Assembly: GCA_965199755.1 (NCBI GenBank)
Contig: CBDASZ010000002.1
Span: forward strand, 64,001-128,000
Length of the DNA: 64,000 nt
Direction: 5' to 3'
Source: an uncultured candidatus Porisulfidus sp.
GTDB lineage: Bacteria > Pseudomonadota > Gammaproteobacteria > Poriferisulfidales > Poriferisulfidaceae
The translations under genes and the position numbers were made by a program. Position 1 is the first letter of the stretch. Each line of letters begins with the position of its first letter. Positions 59,105-64,000 of the stretch are shown here, in pieces. The notes under the pieces were generated by a model that saw only the letters and a program-made list of their open reading frames with translations, made no database searches and had not been told where the DNA came from.

Positions 59105-59881
59105 GATCACAACACCCAGCGCGAGACGGTACAGCACAAACGGCAGCATCCCAATGCGCTCAATCAGGCGCAGGAAGAAGTGAATGCACAGCCATGCCGA
59201 GCCCCCAGCCATCACAGCCCCGGAGAACAAGGCCGCCCAATCCGCAGGTTGCGGCGTCTGCAGTGTACTGTTCAGCAGCAGCGCACCGGCTCCGGCGATC
59301 GTCGGAATAGCCAGCAGGAACGCGATGTGCGCTGCCGCTGTTCTACACAGCCCCAAGGCCAGTGCCATCGTCATCACAATGCCCGCGCGCGACACGCCGG
59401 GGATGACTGCCAGACACTGCGCGGCACCGATAAAAAGTGCGTCACTCATACGCAACTGCTGCTCGGTGCGCACTCGCGACCCTGACACATCCGCCAGCCA
59501 CAACAGCACCCCGAAACCCAACGTTGTCGCCGCAATCACCGACGCACTGCGCAGCGTCTCGGATGCCACCGCATGCGTATAAGCTCCGGCGATCAGAATG
59601 GGCAGCGTGGCGACAATTAGCCACAGCGCCATCTGCCGCGCTTGTTGAGATTCCAGGTTATCTGCACGCAGGGTGGCGCACAGCATTGCCACAAGTTCGC
59701 GGCGGAAGTAGCCCACCATTGCCACCAACGTGCCGACGTGTACAGCCACGTCGAAGGCTTGACCCTGATCTTGCCAGCCGAACAGAATTGGTGCCAGAAT
59801 CAGATGCGCGGAACTGGAGATCGGCAAGAACTCCGTCAGTCCCTGCACCAGAGCGAGCACCAAAACTTCGAGCCAATTCAT
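59087..59881 (-). CDS. uppP: Undecaprenyl-diphosphatase
   Basis: QGLTEFLPISSSAH, H.GT, IPGVSR, F..YR. Confidence 0.95.
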   Translation of the reverse strand: MNWLEVLVLALVQGLTEFLPISSSAHLILAPILFGWQDQGQAFDVAVHVGTLVAMVGYFRRELVAMLCATLRADNLESQQARQMALWLIVATLPILIAGAYTHAVASETLRSASVIAATTLGFGVLLWLADVSGSRVRTEQQLRMSDALFIGAAQCLAVIPGVSRAGIVMTMALALGLCRTAAAHIAFLLAIPTIAGAGALLLNSTLQTPQPADWAALFSGAVMAGGSAWLCIHFFLRLIERIGMLPFVLYRLALGVVILVVFA

Positions 59882-61000
59882 CTACAGACGATCCCGGTGA
59901 TCCGGGCATATAGTATGCGGCAATTCAAGCGCCACATCACGCCCCAGCGCTAGCACGCGAAACCGGTCGCCCATACGCTCCGGGTGCGTTAGCATCTCAA
60001 TCTGCCGATGTTGCGCCATGCGGGCTTCGATATCAGTGGATTCATCTATCATCTCCAGCAAACCGTATTCCAGCAGAAATCCAGCCTGCGTGGTGAACAT
60101 CAGTGCATCGAAATGTGCCGCCGTCGCCAGCTCGGCAATCTTGGTGAAGTCCACATCCACACTGATGTCCTGACGCCCCGGCTCCTGAAATGGATCGGCG
60201 TGGCTCTGGTGCCGCGTATGACACTGCAAGGTGCCGGTGCTGCGTTGCGGATGGTAATACTCCCAGCGCGGATAGCCATAATCCACAATCAGCACCACCC
60301 CGCGGCGCAATCGGGCGTCCAGTTCCGTCAGCCAGTTTGCATAGACCTCGTGCCGCCACTCCGAACAATACGGAGGTGCCAGCGGTTCAGCCAGACTCTC
60401 TTGAATGTGCGCCACTGCGGCTGATGCTTGCGCGGACTCTTGCTCTGTCCAGCACAAACTCGCGTCATCCTCCGTAATGTCCACCATCCGTTCGCGCACG
60501 CCATCTGCAGTGAGCGCAAAACTGCGCGCCGGCAAGGCATCCAGAAATTCGTTGGCCAGCACGACGCCGCAAAAGTCTTCCGGCATCACCGCTCGCGCCT
60601 GCTCATCAGAGATCATCTGTCTGCGCGCGGCCGCGCGCTCCACGCACACATAGGTCTCCAGTTGCGCACCGAGCACACGCTGGAGATCACGCGCCAGCTG
60701 CCCGTCTCCCACGCCATATTCGACGATGCCGCCACCGGTCTCGGTGAGCACCAGCTCGCAAAATCGCGCCATCACCCGTGCGAAGAAATCTCCCAACCCC
60801 GGTGCCGTCACAAAATCTCCTTCGGCACCAAACACCTCCTCACAACTGGCGTAATAGCCAAGTCCCGGCGTGTAAAGCGCCTGCTCCATATACTGATCAA
60901 AGCGCATCGGACCCTGCTGGCGAATCTGCTCCAACAACTGTGCCAGCAGCGCATTGGCCGCGGGTATGGCCCGCGGTTGCTGTTCAGGGGGAGAGGTCAT
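59882..61000 (-). CDS. MidA/NDUFAF7-family SAM-dependent methyltransferase
   Basis: ALY.P..GYY, GDFVTAP, EYG.G.G, NEFLDALP, DYG, QDIS..VDF; alternative start 61015. Confidence 0.88.
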   Translation of the reverse strand: MTSPPEQQPRAIPAANALLAQLLEQIRQQGPMRFDQYMEQALYTPGLGYYASCEEVFGAEGDFVTAPGLGDFFARVMARFCELVLTETGGGIVEYGVGDGQLARDLQRVLGAQLETYVCVERAAARRQMISDEQARAVMPEDFCGVVLANEFLDALPARSFALTADGVRERMVDITEDDASLCWTEQESAQASAAVAHIQESLAEPLAPPYCSEWRHEVYANWLTELDARLRRGVVLIVDYGYPRWEYYHPQRSTGTLQCHTRHQSHADPFQEPGRQDISVDVDFTKIAELATAAHFDALMFTTQAGFLLEYGLLEMIDESTDIEARMAQHRQIEMLTHPERMGDRFRVLALGRDVALELPHTICPDHRDRL

Positions 61001-61044
61001 CGCGACACGCTGCATCAGGGCAAGCCCTATACTATCAGGCCATT

Positions 61045-61803
61045 ATGAGTGCTTCCTCGCTGTCCGGGCGCACCATCCTGATCACCGGTGCCGCACGGCG
61101 ACTCGGTGCGGTGATGGCCCAGCACTTGCATCAGGCCGGTGCCAACATCGTCCTGCACTGCCGCCGCTCCGTTGCCGAAGCGCACGAGCTGGCGGGGCAG
61201 TTGCAAACGGAGCGACCGGATTCGGTGACTGTAATCACCGCAGATCTGTCGGAAGTGCAAAGTATTTTCTCCGCCATGGGCGCGGCCTTAAAAGCCTTCG
61301 GACAACTCGACGCACTCATCAACAACGCCTCGCTGTTTGAGCAGGGAAGTCTGGAGCCTGCGGATATTGAGCAGTGGGAGCAACTGCAGGCAGCTAATGT
61401 CCGCGCGCCATGGCTGTTGGCCGCGGCCGCCGCACCGCACCTACGCAAGACCCAAGGCTGCATCCTCAATATCCTTGATGTGTATGCTGAACGTCCCCTG
61501 CCCGGCTATCCGGTCTACAGCGCCACGCAAAGCGCCTTGGCCGGACTGACCCGCGCTCTGGCTCTGGAGTTGGCGCCCGACGTGCGGGTCAACGCCATTG
61601 CTCCTGGTGCCATGCTGTGGCCTGAGGAAGAAGATGGTCGGGATCGGCAGGCGATTATTGACAGTACCGCGCTGAAGCGTATAGGAAGCCCGGAAGACAT
61701 TGCGCGGGCCGCGGTGTATTTGATCCGGGATGCCCGCTACACCACCGGTGATGTGCTAACTGTCGACGGCGGACGACGCCTCGGAATCAGCGCCTGGCAA
61801 TAG
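61045..61803 (+). CDS. Pteridine reductase/FolM-like short-chain dehydrogenase
   Basis: TGAARRLG, NNAS, VNAIAPG, VDGG; convergent with folK/folB. Confidence 0.85.
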   Translation: MSASSLSGRTILITGAARRLGAVMAQHLHQAGANIVLHCRRSVAEAHELAGQLQTERPDSVTVITADLSEVQSIFSAMGAALKAFGQLDALINNASLFEQGSLEPADIEQWEQLQAANVRAPWLLAAAAAPHLRKTQGCILNILDVYAERPLPGYPVYSATQSALAGLTRALALELAPDVRVNAIAPGAMLWPEEEDGRDRQAIIDSTALKRIGSPEDIARAAVYLIRDARYTTGDVLTVDGGRRLGISAWQ

Positions 61804-62280
61804 CACTTCACGCAACTGCGATTCGTTCGCTTCGCGCCAGCGATCCCAGAGTTCAGAAATCGGCACCTCCAGCAGCGGGTGGTGCAAATCCCCGCATATC
61901 TCCACCAGCGGTGCCAGTACAAACTCATGCTCGCAAATCTCCGTGCGCGGCAGCGACAGTACGCCGTCATCCACCACCCAATCGTCGTACAGCAGAATAT
62001 CCAGATCCAGTGTGCGCGAGACGAAGGCATCCGCACCGCGAACGCGGCCAAGCGAATCCTCAATACGGCGCAACTGCTCGTTGATCTCGTGCGGGGTCTC
62101 TTCGCTGTCGAAGGCGACCACCATGTTGTAGAAGTCCGGCCCCTCGAAACCGAGCGCCGGCGATTCATATAGCGTGGAGCGCTGCAGGGGTCCGTATTGG
62201 GACTCCAATAACATCAATGCTTGTGAAACACAGCGTTCCTTGCCAAGATTGCTGCCAATGCTGACAAATACTCGCGCCAT
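61756..62280 (-). CDS. folK: HPPK, hydroxymethyldihydropterin pyrophosphokinase
   Basis: SIGSN, F.N, IE..LGR, RTLDLDIL, FVLAPL; ATG overlaps the folB stop (TAATG). Confidence 0.92.
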   Translation of the reverse strand: MARVFVSIGSNLGKERCVSQALMLLESQYGPLQRSTLYESPALGFEGPDFYNMVVAFDSEETPHEINEQLRRIEDSLGRVRGADAFVSRTLDLDILLYDDWVVDDGVLSLPRTEICEHEFVLAPLVEICGDLHHPLLEVPISELWDRWREANESQLREVLLPGADSEASSAVDS

Positions 62281-62630
62281 TATTCGCCTCGTTCGATCAC
62301 GACACCCACTTCCTGGGCCGTGCGAACCGCGAACGGCTTGGCCATCCGAAGGCGCAGCCAACTCACCGCAAACTCTTCGCGAATCAACTCGGCCAGGGCT
62401 TCGGCCAGGGATTCAACCAGACGGTATTCGCTCGCTTCAATGAACTCCACGACACGCTGACTGATCGCCTTGTAATCAACCGTGTCTTCCAGTGCGTCAC
62501 TTTGGGCCGCATGCGCCACATCGGCGCGCAATTCGAGATCCACCACTAATTGCTGGCGAATATGTCGTTCCCACTCGAACACGCCCACGGTGGCCCGCGC
62601 CTTCAGGCCCTTGATGAAAACAATATCCAT
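62280..62630 (-). CDS. folB: Dihydroneopterin aldolase
   Basis: GVFEWE, DY, LVESLAE, KP.A, VGVVIER. Confidence 0.95.
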   Translation of the reverse strand: MDIVFIKGLKARATVGVFEWERHIRQQLVVDLELRADVAHAAQSDALEDTVDYKAISQRVVEFIEASEYRLVESLAEALAELIREEFAVSWLRLRMAKPFAVRTAQEVGVVIERGE

Positions 62631-62692
62631 AGCAGAGGAATTATAGAGGGCACGTGTTACAGGGCCGTGCAGTAAAATGACGCGCCCGATGT

Positions 62693-62780
<88 letters not shown>

Positions 62781-62816
62781 GGCATCTCGGGCAAACCCTC
62801 CAACCACTTGCGCGGC

Positions 62817-64000
62817 TTATACGCCGGCAATTTGCATGCGATCAATGAGCACAGCTCCGGTGTGAATCGCACCACGTCGATCCTGTTCTGTACCTACCGC
62901 CGTCACGCCTCGCAACATGTCCTGCAGGCGGCCCGCAATGGTGATCTCATTCACCGGATACGCCACTTCTCCTTCCTCAATCCAGAACCCGGCCGCGCCG
63001 CGCGAGTAGTCTCCGGTCACCGTGTTGACGCCCTGTCCTAGCAATTCCGTCACCACCAGCCCTTGGTGCATTTGCGCCAGCAAATCATTCCAGGATTGTT
63101 CTTTCCCCTTCATCTCTAGACTTAGGTTGCGTACGCCACCCCCATTGCCGGTCGGCTCGAGATTCAGGCGACGCGCCGAATAATGACTCAAAAACCAGCC
63201 GCGCAACACCCCGTCTTCCACTACTACCCGCTCTGAAGTCGCAATCCCGTCTGCGTCATAAGGCGCACTCGCCGGCCCGCCGGGCAAGCGAGGACGCTCC
63301 ATCAAACCAATCCCGTCAGCCCATACCGGCTGATCCATCTTCCCCAGCAGGAATGAGGCATCCTGATACAGCGCACTGCCACTGGCGGCCGCGACAAAAT
63401 GTCCGACTAGATGTCGCGCCACTGGTGCCTCGAACAACACCGGTGCGGTTTGCGTCTGCAGGGATCGCGCTCCGAGTCGCTGCGTCGCACGTGCCGCGGC
63501 ATGCTCGCCTATGGCTTGCGGTGAATCCAGTTTGCGGCCATCGCGATGGCTACTGTGCCAGTAATCCCGCTCCTGCTCCCTGTCCTCGTCAGCTGCCACA
63601 ACACAACAGCCCAAGTCCGCACTGCTACTGCGATAGCCTCCCATGAATCCGTTGCTGTTGGCCAGCAACTTCATGCCTGCGTAATGACTGAGGTCGGCAC
63701 CTTCGGAATTGCGAATGCGCGCATCCGCGCGGGCGGCGTCCTCACATTCCAAGGCCAGTTGCGCGGCCTCTTCGTTGTTGATCTCCCACGGATGAAACAG
63801 GTCCAGGTCCGGATAATCAAAGGCCAGCAATGATTCCTCCGGCAACCCGTGACAAGGATCCTCTTCTGTGTGTCGTGCAATCTGGCAGGCTTCCTCCACC
63901 GTGCGCCGCACTGACTCCTCGCGCAGATCGGTACTTGACGCATGCCCGCGACATGTTCCGAAATAAGCAGTAACCCCCAGTCCCTGATCGCGTGCCCGCT
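62817..64000 (-). CDS. pmbA: PmbA/TldE metalloprotease subunit (5'-truncated by window)
   Basis: NSNGF, SFL, D.DG, GQGVN.VTGDYSRGAAGFW, EITIAG. Confidence 0.93.
   Translation of the reverse strand, partial: RARDQGLGVTAYFGTCRGHASSTDLREESVRRTVEEACQIARHTEEDPCHGLPEESLLAFDYPDLDLFHPWEINNEEAAQLALECEDAARADARIRNSEGADLSHYAGMKLLANSNGFMGGYRSSSADLGCCVVAADEDREQERDYWHSSHRDGRKLDSPQAIGEHAAARATQRLGARSLQTQTAPVLFEAPVARHLVGHFVAAASGSALYQDASFLLGKMDQPVWADGIGLMERPRLPGGPASAPYDADGIATSERVVVEDGVLRGWFLSHYSARRLNLEPTGNGGGVRNLSLEMKGKEQSWNDLLAQMHQGLVVTELLGQGVNTVTGDYSRGAAGFWIEEGEVAYPVNEITIAGRLQDMLRGVTAVGTEQDRRGAIHTGAVLIDRMQIAGV

Overview
A gene-dense, GC-rich (roughly 60% by eye) chromosomal segment of a gammaproteobacterium, almost all core housekeeping genes. 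In order: gyrA(3' end)-serC-pheA-hisC-tyrA-aroA-cmk-rpsA-ihfB-lapA-lapB-pyrF; cobalamin riboswitch + btuB; sco-psd; efp; parE-parC-htpX-thiE-hemL; smc-zipA-ligA-lpxA-yaaA-mpl-trx-ABC exporter; queF; a cysZ-like triplet; ndk-hisS-yfgM-bamB-der; groESL; purH; glcF-coq7-rhodanese; nrdAB; cca; uppP; folate genes; tRNA-Leu(CAG); pmbA. I saw no integrase, intact transposase, prophage or CRISPR array. The best candidate for an undescribed system is a ~4.8 kb module (53.1-58.0 kb). It holds an orphan CbbO/NorD-type VWA adaptor, a DUF971 + MoaD-like fusion lacking the C-terminal Gly-Gly, a ChrA oxyanion transporter and two small unknown proteins; a sulfur-metabolism role is my inference only. Other oddities: a tandem cysZ triplication with two decayed copies (one with an inserted 22-aa repeat), a LigA enlarged by ~200 aa of extra HhH-like modules, a ParC with both quinolone-bridging QRDR residues changed, and collapse of normally conserved operons, consistent with a streamlined, possibly host-associated lineage. 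All family assignments are from motif recognition, not database searches.
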